Shown here: one piece after another, positions 8,459-17,129 of the stretch
Layout: every line of letters begins with the position of its first letter
Position numbering within the stretch: the first letter of the stretch is position 1
Source: Deltaproteobacteria bacterium
GTDB taxonomy: Bacteria > Desulfobacterota > Binatia > UBA12015
Assembly (NCBI GenBank): GCA_046583355.1
Contig: JAYGCM010000015.1
Coordinates: 1-29,888 of the forward strand
Length of the DNA: 29,888 bases
Direction: 5' to 3'
Notes under the pieces: model-generated
The model's database searches: none
The model's input: only the letters and a program-made list of their open reading frames with translations
Told to the model about the DNA's origin: nothing
Position numbers and translations under genes: made by a program

Positions 8459-9967
8459 ATGGCCGATTTGTTACAATTGGAACAGCTCGCCGCTGGCGAC
8501 CGGATCCTCGTCGGGGGCGATCGCTTCGTCACGGTACCTCCAGAACTCGCCGCGGACTTCGCCGCCGGTGACTCGCTTGTCGTCATCGAGGAAACCGGCG
8601 CCATCCTGCACCTGCCAGCAGCCGAACGCCGGGTAAGCTTTGAGGCGGTCGGCCGGGCCTGCGCCGCCTTCGCGAAGATGGGCGCGGTTCTCGACAGCCA
8701 GATCTCGCAATTCTTCAGCCTCTTCGCCGACCACCTCGAAGACGACGCGCGATGGGCCCGCATCGGCCAAGCGAATGAAAAAGATATCGCGCGGGCCAAG
8801 CAGCGCGGCCGTTCGACCACTCGCCTGGTCGCTGACGAAAAGCTGCGCCGAGGCATGATTGACGGCCTGCGCGGCTGGATCTCGGCTACCAGCCGGCGCG
8901 GCACGGTGCTCGAGACCATCGAGCATGAGGGCTGGCAGGTCGAGTTGGTCGGCGCCGAGCTCGGCGTCGTCGGTTTCGTCTTCGAGGGGCGACCCAATGT
9001 ACTGGCCGATGCCACCGGAGTCCTGCGTGGCGGCAATACCGTCGTCTTTCGGATAGGCAGCGACGCGCTGGGGACGGCGCGCACTATTATGGCCGAGGCA
9101 TTGGAACCCGCGCGACGGGACGCCGGCCTGCCCGAAGGCGCCGTCGTATTGATTGACAGCACGGCGCACGCCGCCGGACACGCGCTTTTCTGCGATACGC
9201 GCATAGCACTCGCGGTAGCACGCGGCTCGGGCCAGGCGGTCGCCACGCTCGGCGCGCTGGCCCGTCAAGCAGGTGTGCCGGCAAGCCTGCACGGCACCGG
9301 CGGCGCCTGGATCGTCGCCAGCGAGTCGGCCCATGACGAGAAATTCGCGGCTGCGGTCGAAGCCTCGCTGGACCGCAAAGTCTGCAACACCCTCAACGTC
9401 TGCTGCATCCCCGCCAGCCGCGCAAGCGACCTCGTACCCGTCTTCCTCGATGCGCTGGCGGCAGCCGGCGCCGCCCGCGGCCAGGCCTTCAAGCTGCACA
9501 TCGCCGAAGGCGACGAGAGCTACCTCCCCGCCGATCTGTTGACGCGCCGCATCCACATCCGCCGCGCCGCCGGCGCGACCGAAGAACCACAGGTCGAGTC
9601 CCTGCCCGAGAAAAGCCTCGGCCACGAATGGGAATGGGAGGAGACCCCCGAACTCAGCCTCAAAATCGTTTCCGACACCGCCGCCGCCGTGGCCCTCTTC
9701 AATCGCTACAGTCCGCAATTCGTCGCCAGCCTGATCAGCGAAGACCCCGCCGAACACGAAACCTTCTTCCGCACGATCAACGCGCCCTTCGTCGGCAACG
9801 GCTTCACCCGCTGGGTCGACGGCCAATACGCCCTCAACCGCCCCGAACTCGGCCTCTCCAATTGGCAAGGCGGCCGCCTCTTCGGCCGCGGCGCCGTCCT
9901 ATCCGGCGATAGTGTCTACACCATCCGAGCCCGCACCACCCAAACCAACCCCCTGATCCACCGGTAG
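8459..9967 (+). CDS. proA: Gamma-glutamyl phosphate reductase-like (ProA-like) aldehyde dehydrogenase, divergent form with N-terminal extension
   Basis: ProA-like motifs LGVVGFVFEGRPNV, GGN.VV.R.GSDA, ARGS, catalytic KVCNT, and TRWVDG...ELGLS...GRG matching the canonical STRF.DG..EIGIST...RGP. Confidence 0.65.
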   Translation: MADLLQLEQLAAGDRILVGGDRFVTVPPELAADFAAGDSLVVIEETGAILHLPAAERRVSFEAVGRACAAFAKMGAVLDSQISQFFSLFADHLEDDARWARIGQANEKDIARAKQRGRSTTRLVADEKLRRGMIDGLRGWISATSRRGTVLETIEHEGWQVELVGAELGVVGFVFEGRPNVLADATGVLRGGNTVVFRIGSDALGTARTIMAEALEPARRDAGLPEGAVVLIDSTAHAAGHALFCDTRIALAVARGSGQAVATLGALARQAGVPASLHGTGGAWIVASESAHDEKFAAAVEASLDRKVCNTLNVCCIPASRASDLVPVFLDALAAAGAARGQAFKLHIAEGDESYLPADLLTRRIHIRRAAGATEEPQVESLPEKSLGHEWEWEETPELSLKIVSDTAAAVALFNRYSPQFVASLISEDPAEHETFFRTINAPFVGNGFTRWVDGQYALNRPELGLSNWQGGRLFGRGAVLSGDSVYTIRARTTQTNPLIHR

Positions 9968-9984
9968 GGGCTTGGCCGAACCTC

Positions 9985-11061
9985 TTAGGGGGTCGGTGGG
10001 CTGACGGTTACGATGGCTACCGCTGTCTGTCCGGCGCCGTCCAGGCAAACCACATTGATGATGGCCGCTTCGGTCACGGCCGGGGCCGTATAAGTAGTGC
10101 GGCCGCCTTCGTCGGCTATCTGCTCCGGGCTCAGCGTCCCGCGGGAGACGCTGCAATCGTAGGGCGGCAAGCCGCCAGTTACGACGAAAATCTCCTCGCC
10201 GCTGGGCAGAATCGTACTCGAGGCAGGCGTGAGTTGGAGCGGGTTGTGTTCGGCCTTGACCGAGACCGCAAACGAATGGCCCTCGGCATCCAGGACAGAG
10301 AAAGTATGGGTGCCCGAATCCGCGCCGCTTAGCGTGTAGCGAATGAAGGCCGGGAAGATCTCATCAAAAATCAACTCGGCAGTCCCGATGCTACTAGCGG
10401 TAGTCGTCAGAATATAGGGCGGCTGCGGAGCCTCGAACGGAACCCCTCCGACGATCACGAAATCCAACTCGCTATCCGGAATGGGCTGGGTGACCTCGAT
10501 GGACGCGGGCACCACGGTGACGAGGTCGCCCTCGCTCGGGAAGAAACCGTTTTTTAAAACTTCGATGAAAATCAGCCCCGAGAGGCGCAAGCCGATCGCG
10601 ACGCCCGTGACCGCCATGCGTCCCGATGCAACCGGCGCGTGCAGCACGACGGTTGCCAGGCCAGCGGTGTCGGTGAGGCCGATGCCGGCGGGGAAGCCGG
10701 CCTGTGCGAGCGTGGTTCCGGCCGGTGGCTCGGGCGTGAACTCCGCGCCCTCGCGGGCGGCTTGGAAGAGCACGGTCTGGCCGACGACCGGCGTGCCCTG
10801 TGGATCGAGTACCCGCACGCGCACCTCAAGCCGGTCACTACGGCCAGGGTAGACGCCGCTCATGGACGCGGTCATTTCCAGCGACCCGGCGTTGCTCACC
10901 GTACCCGCAGGGCTCAAGACCCATTGCGGCGGCACGGCTTCCGGTGCCTGGCCCGTACTGCCACAACTCGCGAGGAAAAGGGCTGCCCCGATGAAAAACG
11001 CAGAGGCCATCGTGCCCACTGGATTTCGCTCGTCGTCCGCTCCGATGACTCTGTTGCGCAT
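9985..11061 (-). CDS. Lipoprotein with invasin/intimin-type (Big_1-like) Ig domain and two GG-x-P(PY) Ig-like repeats
   Basis: Lipobox LFLASC. VRVRVLDPQGTPVVGQTVLFQA...TDTAGLATVVL is typical of Big_1. Repeats IVGGVP..QPPY and VTGGLPPY. ATG at 11061, 13 nt after the upstream stop; MASAFF is an alternative start. Confidence 0.7.
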   Translation of the reverse strand: MRNRVIGADDERNPVGTMASAFFIGAALFLASCGSTGQAPEAVPPQWVLSPAGTVSNAGSLEMTASMSGVYPGRSDRLEVRVRVLDPQGTPVVGQTVLFQAAREGAEFTPEPPAGTTLAQAGFPAGIGLTDTAGLATVVLHAPVASGRMAVTGVAIGLRLSGLIFIEVLKNGFFPSEGDLVTVVPASIEVTQPIPDSELDFVIVGGVPFEAPQPPYILTTTASSIGTAELIFDEIFPAFIRYTLSGADSGTHTFSVLDAEGHSFAVSVKAEHNPLQLTPASSTILPSGEEIFVVTGGLPPYDCSVSRGTLSPEQIADEGGRTTYTAPAVTEAAIINVVCLDGAGQTAVAIVTVSPPTP

Positions 11062-11074
11062 CAACTCGCCCGCC

Positions 11075-11710
11075 TCAATCTTCAACCGTGAAGGAATAGC
11101 TTACCGGATTGGATCGGTAATGGTCGCCGTTCTGCGCCTGCCCGACGGCCACGAGAGTCGCGGTCATCAGGTAGGGTCGTTGCGGCAATTGGTTTGCGTA
11201 GATCGTCAGAAAATCGACGATTGTCGCCGGCACGAGCTGGCCAACAAGTTCCGCGTAGACCAGATTCGGAACCCCGCTGGTCGCTTCGGTAGTCGAAGAC
11301 GAAGGGTTGATGCGAAAACCGGTCGGGACGGCATGGTCGGGCACATCGACCGCGGCTCCTGGAACGTTATATTCGATCGCGATGGTCTGCACGTTGATCG
11401 CGAGGGTCAGGAGCTTATTCTCAAGCCCGATATAGCCACCGCAGGGATCTGCGAAAGCGTTGAAGCGATCGGGAAATGCCGTCACCAACGACAGACTCAG
11501 CGAGTTTGATGTGTCGACAATCGCATTGGAGATATTCGGCTCGGTACAGCGGATCTGGCCGTCCTCGATCGACGCCGGGCCGCGCCAGATACCGGTCGCC
11601 GTGAAGACGATTCCCTGGTCATTATTGCCCGCGCCACTGCCGCAGGCCGAGGCCGATAAAACCACGGCGAATAGAACGGCCTTGGTTGCGTGCTTGCGTA
11701 GATTCTTCAT
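11075..11710 (-). CDS. Uncharacterised beta-rich lipoprotein immediately downstream of pilQ
   Basis: Start MKNLRKHATKAVLFAVVLSASAC (lipobox ASAC) at 11710 with a GGAG SD. Two further Cys (possible disulfide) and an alternating beta-strand pattern. Confidence 0.75.
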   Translation of the reverse strand: MKNLRKHATKAVLFAVVLSASACGSGAGNNDQGIVFTATGIWRGPASIEDGQIRCTEPNISNAIVDTSNSLSLSLVTAFPDRFNAFADPCGGYIGLENKLLTLAINVQTIAIEYNVPGAAVDVPDHAVPTGFRINPSSSTTEATSGVPNLVYAELVGQLVPATIVDFLTIYANQLPQRPYLMTATLVAVGQAQNGDHYRSNPVSYSFTVED

Positions 11711-11788
11711 GCGAGTCTCTTCTCCGAGCAGAGCGGCCATGCGCTCTGCTTTCTTGAACGGAATTCGTGCCTGTAGCTTGCCCAAAAT

Positions 11789-14116
11789 CTAGGCTCCCGG
11801 AATCGCCCCGAGCTCCGAGTTCCCTTTGCGCTTCGGTGCGAGGATCTCGTAGGCGCTGCGGTCGCGCTCGCGCCAGAGGTCGGCGGCGCTCGGCAGCTTG
11901 CCCCCGGAGTCCTTGCGCCAGACCACCCGCGGCGTGATGAAGACCAGCAATTCCTGGCGCCTATCCTGCGTCGATTGGTTCTTGAAGAGCCAGCCGAGCA
12001 CGGGAATATCTTTCAGCCAGGGCACACCGCCCTGCGCCAGGCTCGCCTGCTGGCGGTAGACACCGCCGAGGACGATGGTCTCGCCATCGCGCACCAGCAC
12101 CTGCGAGGTCGCCTGACGGCTGATCTCGTTGGGGATACCGTCGGTCGATGCGGTCGAGGGCACGCTCGACTTCACGAAGATCTTCAAGAGGATATACCCA
12201 TCGCTGGAAACCTGCGGCGTCACGCGCAGAATGATCCCGGTATCGATCGCCTGCGTGGCAACGCTGGTGGAGCCCGCCGAGCCGCCCGCGCCCGTATTGA
12301 TCACAGTGCCTGTACTCGGCAGCTTCACACGCAGGATCTCGAGGCTCTGGATCTCGGCTTCGCGATTGTTGAGCGTGATGATTTTAGGCCGCGAGATCAC
12401 CCTGCCCTTGCCCTCGTTTTCGATTGCCGTGATTTCCGCGTCGAGCTGGGTCGCGCCGTCAAGTGAACCGAGCAGAAGCCCCAGAGTCGAGCCCGCGCCC
12501 GCAGCGATCCCCTTGGCCGGGAAGTCCACCAGGATCGGCGCTCCCGGAGCCTCGCCTTCGCCACCCGCGACATCACGCGGCCCGCCGCCGCCGATGCCGA
12601 TGCGGCCCGGAAAATTGCGCCCGGTCGAATTGCCGGTTTCGGGACTCGCCAGGTAAGACGCACCCCAGCGCACGCCCAAATCGCGCGCGACCGAAGTATC
12701 GGCCTCGAAAATAAGCCCCTGGATCACGACCTGTGCGGTCTGGATATCGAGTTTGCGTACCAATTCGGCGGCATTGGCGACGCCGTCCGCGACGTCGCGG
12801 ACAATTACTGTATTGGTTCCCTCATTCACCATGACCATGCCACGGTTCGAGAGGAGGCCGCGCCGCTGCCCCGGGCCGTCAACAATGCCGCTGCCGGCAG
12901 AGATGGCGCCGGCAGCGCGCGCGCCGGAGCCTGAGGTACTGCTGCCGCCGCGCAAGATGCGCGCGATCTCGTTCGGATTCACATAATTGACTCGGAAATA
13001 CGCCGTCTGGAGGTTCTCCAGACGGCGCCCGGCGAGCCGCGCCGCGAGGCGGGATTTACGTTCTTGCTCAAGCCGCTTCGAGGTCGAAACGACCAGAACA
13101 TCGTCGTACGAGACCATCTCAAGGCCGGTGGCTTTGAGCAGGATATCCAGCGCCTGATCCCAAGGGACATCGTGCAGGACAATGGTGATACGGCCGGATA
13201 CATCGTCGGTCGCTACGATATTTCGCTGAGCCACGTCCGCGATAATACGCATGACATTGAGAATATCTGCGTCCTTGAACTCCAAGGTGATGCGCTTGCC
13301 GGAGTAGGGACTCGCGGGCGCTGGCGCTCGCGTCAGGCTGACGCTGGTGCGCGGCCGGGTCGCCTCGACCGAAGCCGGCGACGGGGCAGCCGCCTCCGGC
13401 TCGGACGGCAGCGCGGCCTGGCGCGCGATTTCACGGATCGCCGCTACCGCAGGGTCAAGCGCTACGGGGGGATGCACCGCAGCTACAGCAGCTAGCGTCC
13501 CCATTGCCGCCGCATTCCCGGTGGCTTGGGCCAATACAAACTCGGCCTGGCCCGAGGCGCCCAGCGGCGCGTCGGCCACGGCATAAAGGATCCGGCCTTT
13601 CGCCCCGATCGGCGACGTGCCGACACCAAGGACGACCGCACTACCCACCTCGGCCGTCACGCAATCGCCGGGCGCGTTCTCCGCGACCTCCAATACGAGA
13701 CGGATCTTGTCCGTGTGGCGACCGATGCGCAGGCGCGGTGCCAGCGTGTTCTGCGTCGACAGCGTGTCCTGGCCGGCCGAGTCCCAAACCTCGCCAGCGA
13801 GATCGACAACGCAGCGGCGCGGGTCGTCCAACCCGAACGAGCGCGTGCCATCCGGCAAACGAGAGAGTTGAACAACGATACGAGCGCCCAAGGCGGATCC
13901 GGCCGAGCGCACCTCTACGACGCGCAGACCCGGCTCCGGCTCGACCAGTACCGGCATCAAGGCGATACCCGGCTTGACCAACTCGGCGGCAACAACGCCG
14001 GCACCCGAAATCTCGGTACGATATTCCCGCCCGACGGCCTCCGGCCTCGCCTGGTGTGCGGTACAACCCGCGGCCAGCATCGCCAGCGCCACCGGAATCA
14101 TTTTTCTCTTCACCAT
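11789..14116 (-). CDS. pilQ: Type IV pilus secretin PilQ (AMIN + N0/N1 + secretin), with a lipoprotein signal
   Basis: Start overlaps the pilP stop (TGATG; GTG at 14119 also possible). Lipobox LAAGC, AMIN-like LDDPRRCVVDL...RIGRH.DKIRLVLE, YSGKRITLEFKDADI, VPWDQALD, and secretin motifs GETIVLGG and VPWLKDIPVLGWLFK....RQELLVFITPR. Confidence 0.95.
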   Translation of the reverse strand: MVKRKMIPVALAMLAAGCTAHQARPEAVGREYRTEISGAGVVAAELVKPGIALMPVLVEPEPGLRVVEVRSAGSALGARIVVQLSRLPDGTRSFGLDDPRRCVVDLAGEVWDSAGQDTLSTQNTLAPRLRIGRHTDKIRLVLEVAENAPGDCVTAEVGSAVVLGVGTSPIGAKGRILYAVADAPLGASGQAEFVLAQATGNAAAMGTLAAVAAVHPPVALDPAVAAIREIARQAALPSEPEAAAPSPASVEATRPRTSVSLTRAPAPASPYSGKRITLEFKDADILNVMRIIADVAQRNIVATDDVSGRITIVLHDVPWDQALDILLKATGLEMVSYDDVLVVSTSKRLEQERKSRLAARLAGRRLENLQTAYFRVNYVNPNEIARILRGGSSTSGSGARAAGAISAGSGIVDGPGQRRGLLSNRGMVMVNEGTNTVIVRDVADGVANAAELVRKLDIQTAQVVIQGLIFEADTSVARDLGVRWGASYLASPETGNSTGRNFPGRIGIGGGGPRDVAGGEGEAPGAPILVDFPAKGIAAGAGSTLGLLLGSLDGATQLDAEITAIENEGKGRVISRPKIITLNNREAEIQSLEILRVKLPSTGTVINTGAGGSAGSTSVATQAIDTGIILRVTPQVSSDGYILLKIFVKSSVPSTASTDGIPNEISRQATSQVLVRDGETIVLGGVYRQQASLAQGGVPWLKDIPVLGWLFKNQSTQDRRQELLVFITPRVVWRKDSGGKLPSAADLWRERDRSAYEILAPKRKGNSELGAIPGA

Positions 14117-14541
14117 CACTGCTGAAACTCGCTCTCGTCGGTCGGCAGCGCCATCACGATCTCTGCCCGGTGTCGCTTGCCAATCACGTCGGTGTGCCAT
14201 TCTTCCACCACCACTTCCCGCTGCCGGATCTCCGCGACCACGCCACCGTTTCTTCCGATCGGTGTGCCTGGCGTCAAAATGAAGCCGAGCCCCGCACTAT
14301 CTTCGACCATCGCTCGGGGCGGGTCGATTTTCTGAATGATGCCCACAAGCCGGAGCTGCCCGAGTTCGTAGCGCTGCAGCGGCGTCAGAGGCTCTACCGG
14401 CTGCGGCTTCGAGACCCGCACCATCGAGAGCGGGCGAAAGGGGTCGCGCTTGCCAGCGGCCTCATAGGCTTCGTTCTCCGCCGCGATGGTCATTGCCGCT
14501 GGGAAGAGAAGCAAGGCGATTGCCAACACGAGAGGCCTCAT
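14116..14541 (-). CDS. pilP: Type IV pilus assembly protein PilP (no lipobox)
   Basis: Motifs Y...GKRDPF.P, PLQRYELGQLRLVGII, AMVED..G.GF and G..IGRNGG.V. Lies between pilO and pilQ with overlapping start/stop codons. Confidence 0.9.
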   Translation of the reverse strand: MRPLVLAIALLLFPAAMTIAAENEAYEAAGKRDPFRPLSMVRVSKPQPVEPLTPLQRYELGQLRLVGIIQKIDPPRAMVEDSAGLGFILTPGTPIGRNGGVVAEIRQREVVVEEWHTDVIGKRHRAEIVMALPTDESEFQQ

Positions 14542-15158
14542 TTTTTCGCCTCTTCCATCTTGCCCTCTTCCGCCAGCCGCTTGCGCTCCTCTTCGCCGAG
14601 GAAACGAAAAGTCGTCACGCGCGAATTCGCCCGCAAAATCAGGTCATTGCCCTCGATCATAGGGTCGTTCACGACAAGCTCCGAGACGTTCACGATACGG
14701 TCGAGCCTCCCTACGCGGTCCAGAAAACCGGCCACCTGATGGTAGGTGCCGCGGACCTCCATCTCGACCGGCACCCGGGCATAGAATTCCTGGTAGGTCT
14801 CCGGTTTCTGCCGGAAGATCAGAATATCAAGCCCGGAATCACGCGCCAGCGTCGAGATCGAGCTGAGCAGGTCGGGAATTTCTTTTTTGTCTGGCAGCTG
14901 GGTCATCGCCAATTTGAGGTCGCGGTCGAGCAAGGCAACCTCGCGCACGCGCTCCTCCATGCCGGCGGTCGCCGCCGCTTTGCGCGCACGGTCGACGGCC
15001 ATTTCCTCGACACGCCGCGACAACTCCGCCGTATGCGAGAGCCGGGGGCCGAGAAGGAGGAGGAAATACAGCACCAGGACGAATAGCGGCACAGCCGCGA
15101 TCAAGCCCAGCTTCTGGCGCGACTCCAAGGCGAGGAAGCGCTCACTGAGATCGCCCAT
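14538..15158 (-). CDS. pilO: Type IV pilus assembly protein PilO
   Basis: TM helix and coiled coil. Motifs QLPDKKEIPDLL, EFYARVP, G.YHQVAGF.D.V..L.RIVNV and TTFRF. Confidence 0.93.
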   Translation of the reverse strand: MGDLSERFLALESRQKLGLIAAVPLFVLVLYFLLLLGPRLSHTAELSRRVEEMAVDRARKAAATAGMEERVREVALLDRDLKLAMTQLPDKKEIPDLLSSISTLARDSGLDILIFRQKPETYQEFYARVPVEMEVRGTYHQVAGFLDRVGRLDRIVNVSELVVNDPMIEGNDLILRANSRVTTFRFLGEEERKRLAEEGKMEEAKK

Positions 15159-15736
15159 CAGGGGGCCCCCTTCCCATCCGCAGCTATTTCGCGGCCAGCG
15201 TAAAGAACCCGCGCACGAATCGAGAATTCTTTGAGCTCGGCATTGCCCTCTTCCACATGCGTGGTCTCGACGAGGTCAACGGCCTCGAAATACGGCGATG
15301 CCTCAAGCTGCCGCATGAAGAGCGCGATCGTCTGGTTGTCGAGGCCGCGCCCCTTGAGGAAAGCCGATCCACCCGTCTCGCGGATTTCCGTGAGCCAAAG
15401 TGCGTCCGGAGTGGCCGCGCTGAGGTCGCCCAGAACGTAAACCGGCCCCTTGCGTTGACGCTCAAGGACTTCAATCGTGTCAAGTTTGGCGCGCAGCTCG
15501 CGACGGCGCCGCTCCAATTGCATCGACTCCCGGTGCTTGCGATCGAGTTCGATCAGGTCCTCGCGGTAGGCCGCGGCCTGCGCCTCGACCGTGCCGGCCG
15601 CATTCCGGGTGACGAATTCTGCCATCACGACGATGAGCAAAAGCAGCCCGAACACGGCGATCGCGATGCGTTGGTCGCGTTGTTTGGTCGCCGCGCGACG
15701 CGCCTCTTCGCGAGGCATGAGATTGATGCGAATCAT
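15158..15736 (-). CDS. pilN: Type IV pilus assembly protein PilN
   Basis: N-terminal MIRINLMP (PilM-binding INLLP motif), TM helix, coiled coil, P..LWLT and FMRQLEASPYF. Confidence 0.93.
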   Translation of the reverse strand: MIRINLMPREEARRAATKQRDQRIAIAVFGLLLLIVVMAEFVTRNAAGTVEAQAAAYREDLIELDRKHRESMQLERRRRELRAKLDTIEVLERQRKGPVYVLGDLSAATPDALWLTEIRETGGSAFLKGRGLDNQTIALFMRQLEASPYFEAVDLVETTHVEEGNAELKEFSIRARVLYAGREIAADGKGAP

Positions 15737-16887
15737 TCGTCGCCAGGCCTCCGCGTGCCGAGGCCGACCGCAACCGCAAGCGCGGGAGCCATCTCCTGGA
15801 GGGCCTCCGAGTCGAGGTTCCGGCTGATCTGTAGCCGAGCAAAGGGGTTGACGATCTCCACCTCAATCGTAAGGCGCGAAGCCAGGCCTTCGAGCAGCCC
15901 CGGCGTGCGCGCCCCGCCACCGGAGAGATAAATCGTCTGCAAAGGCTCATCCGAGGCCGTACGGGAGAGAAAGCGAAGCGCCTGCACAAGAGCCTCGGCC
16001 AGCCCTGCGGCGCCGCGCTCCAGAATCGGCCGAGCGCGTTCCGCGACCGCAGCTCCCAGATCCTCACCAGCCTGCAATCGCTCGGCATCATCGTAGGAGA
16101 CGCCCAAAGAGCTGACCAATGCGTCGGTGATCTCGCCGCCGCCGGCCTGCACATCGCCGGTCGTCGTTGAAATTCCGCCCTTGATGATATTGATCGAGGA
16201 GTAGCGCGCGCCGACATTCACGATCGCGATCGTAGCGTCTTCGTTGCGGCCGTAGTTGAGCTCGAACATATTTTCGAGAGCAAAATAATCGACATCCACA
16301 ATGATGGGCTCAAGGCCGGCCTGCGAGATCGCGCTGGTATAGCGGTCGAGAATATCTCTACGTACCGCAACCAACAAGATTTCGGCCTCGGCATCTTCGT
16401 GGCGCAGTACCTGATAATCGAGGCTCACATTCTCGATGCTCTCGGGGATGAAGCTCTGCGCCTCGATCATCAGGAGGCTTTCCAGGTCTTCATCGGCGCG
16501 CAGCTGCAGCAGCGCCTTCTTGATGATGACCGAAGGCCCCGGCACGGCGGTCACGGCGTGAATCGCCTGCACACCGAGCTCGTCGACAAGCCGACGCACG
16601 ACGTCCGAGACCGCGACCGTATCCTCAATGGTATTATTGCGCAGAGCGCCCGCAGGAACCGGCGCAATCCCCGCGCGCAAAATCTCAAGGCCCTCAGGCG
16701 CGCCACGCACCTCAAGCAGCTTGATCGCACTCGAGCCGATATCGACCACAACATAGCTACCCGCTCCGCCGCTTGTCATCCGTGACCAGGCGCCGCGGAG
16801 TCCCCCGAGCATACCCGATTGCTGGAACGATTCGTTCCCTGCCAAAACACCCCCACCCGACCCGACGGCACCCGTGGGCCCCCCCAC
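15733..16887 (-). CDS. pilM: Type IV pilus assembly ATP-binding protein PilM (start uncertain: 16887, 16812 or 16779)
   Basis: Actin/FtsA-like motifs VDIGSSAIKL, LDYQ, AGL....VDV..FAL.N, NVGA, LSGGGA..PGL, NPF and AVAVGLG.R. Confidence 0.93.
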   Translation of the reverse strand: MGGPTGAVGSGGGVLAGNESFQQSGMLGGLRGAWSRMTSGGAGSYVVVDIGSSAIKLLEVRGAPEGLEILRAGIAPVPAGALRNNTIEDTVAVSDVVRRLVDELGVQAIHAVTAVPGPSVIIKKALLQLRADEDLESLLMIEAQSFIPESIENVSLDYQVLRHEDAEAEILLVAVRRDILDRYTSAISQAGLEPIIVDVDYFALENMFELNYGRNEDATIAIVNVGARYSSINIIKGGISTTTGDVQAGGGEITDALVSSLGVSYDDAERLQAGEDLGAAVAERARPILERGAAGLAEALVQALRFLSRTASDEPLQTIYLSGGGARTPGLLEGLASRLTIEVEIVNPFARLQISRNLDSEALQEMAPALAVAVGLGTRRPGDE

Positions 16888-16938
16888 GGTTCGTCCGATC
16901 TCAAAGAAAAAAACTGCGCTACCCTTTGCAGCCCATTG

Positions 16939-16967
16939 AGGATGGCCGGGCAGCGGAGAGGAGTCAA
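16939..16967 (-). promoter_or_regulatory. Putative sigma70 promoter of the pil operon
   Basis: On the minus strand: TTGACT (16967-16962), 17-nt spacer, CATCCT (16944-16939). Confidence 0.35.
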
Positions 16968-17129
16968 TGCAGGCGCCCCCCTTTTCAGTAAAAAGTCCAG
17001 TAATATTCTACCCCGCAGACCACAACGCAGACGCAGGGAGCGCCCAGCGTGCCTCTATTCCCAGCCCGATCCCCAAGCTGCGGCACTACAAGGCTTGCGC
17101 TGCAGGCACCAACCCGCGTACAGAGGCGC

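Noticed and set aside
8471..9868. 465-aa antisense ORF inside the proA-like gene (similarly 7090..8295, 4543..5520, 19530..20450 and 22976..24082)
   Set aside because: Long antisense frames are expected from strong G/C third-position bias, and the sense-strand genes carry the conserved motifs.
16879..16885. G7 tract at the most upstream pilM start as a phase-variation switch
   Set aside because: The tract is short for a GC-rich genome and probably lies upstream of the true start codon.
16860..17010. Possible c-di-GMP/cGAMP riboswitch upstream of pilM (gcaaa and ggtagcg fragments)
   Set aside because: The GNRA tetraloop/receptor two-stem architecture cannot be built; only isolated short matches are present. 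An Infernal scan would settle it.
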